Below, one piece after another: positions 63,660 through 64,000 of a DNA stretch of 64,000 nt; the first letter of the stretch is position 1, and each line of letters opens with the position of its first letter. The notes under the pieces were generated by a model. The model ran no database searches and was not told the origin of the DNA. It saw only the letters and a list, made by a program, of their open reading frames with translations. The stretch comes from Epiperipatus broadwayi (Eukaryota; Animalia; Onychophora), in assembly GCA_028023455.1 (NCBI GenBank), contig JAQFVV010000005.1, positions 10,974,001 through 11,038,000 on the forward strand, given 5' to 3'. The position numbers and the translations under genes are program-made.

Positions 63660-64000
63660 ACTGCTCCATTTATGTTTCTAAACTTTTGATTTCTTGTTCT
63701 TATCTATTCTGTATTTTCTCTATCTCCTTATCATTAATTTGATGACATTTGTTCATCTTAACTTAGATTTTACCCTTGTTTTGGCATTCTAATAGATTGT
63801 CCCAACTCATATTGATCTTCTTTTATCTTCAGTACTAAGATTTTCTGGCCTTGTTTCATGTCTAGCTTAAGTTCTTACTAGCTTTGTTTCATTATTTGCA
63901 TAAGCTCATTATTCTTGTCATACTTTTCTTGACTTTCATTGAGCTTATTCATCAGATTTCAGCCTCACACTTTTCTTGGTTTTGTTTCATTTCTAGTTTA
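63660..64000 (-). mobile_element. Decayed coiled-coil ORF, possibly a retroelement gag N-terminus, running off the window edge
   Basis: Minus-strand KLEMKQNQEK...MKQS**ELKLDMKQGQK heptad-like repeats with stops. Confidence 0.35.

Noticed and set aside
1-64000. CRISPR array, rRNA, tRNA or prokaryotic defence system
   Set aside because: No regularly spaced repeat-spacer array, no structured RNA gene of these classes and no operon-like gene density. The sequence is eukaryotic.

Overview
AT-rich, CpG-depleted, intron- and repeat-rich eukaryotic DNA from an invertebrate animal, most likely an arthropod (inference from composition, TE types and zinc-finger style). There are no prokaryotic operons, CRISPR arrays, rRNA or recognisable tRNA genes. 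The only long intact ORFs are two paralogous minus-strand tandem C2H2 zinc-finger genes (31859-33598 and 54946-56679). They use CxxCDYKTA-type fingers, have decayed fingers at their 5' ends, and share a conserved C-terminal tail. A third, fully decayed finger array lies near 61 kb. The rest is a TE graveyard: a decayed Ty3/Gypsy element with about 1.33-kb LTRs (21460-30067), three Penelope-like (PLE) relics with GIY-YIG motifs, two hAT transposase relics (Buster type and GTF2IRD2/Spin type), several LINE RT relics, foldback elements and many short tandem duplications. The most notable signal not in the ORF track is a dispersed non-coding repeat family carrying a type I minimal hammerhead ribozyme (CTGATGA-stem II-GAAA-CTAG-TC) in a long stem I. 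Two copies sit in inverted orientation inside a 13-bp-duplication-flanked insert in the Buster transposase, and more decayed hammerhead-like motifs occur elsewhere. Also seen: chains of candidate microexons (11-19 kb) and a CpG-retaining promoter-like island with a CTCF-type motif (44-46 kb). All calls come from manual reading and translation; no searches were run, and relic boundaries are approximate.
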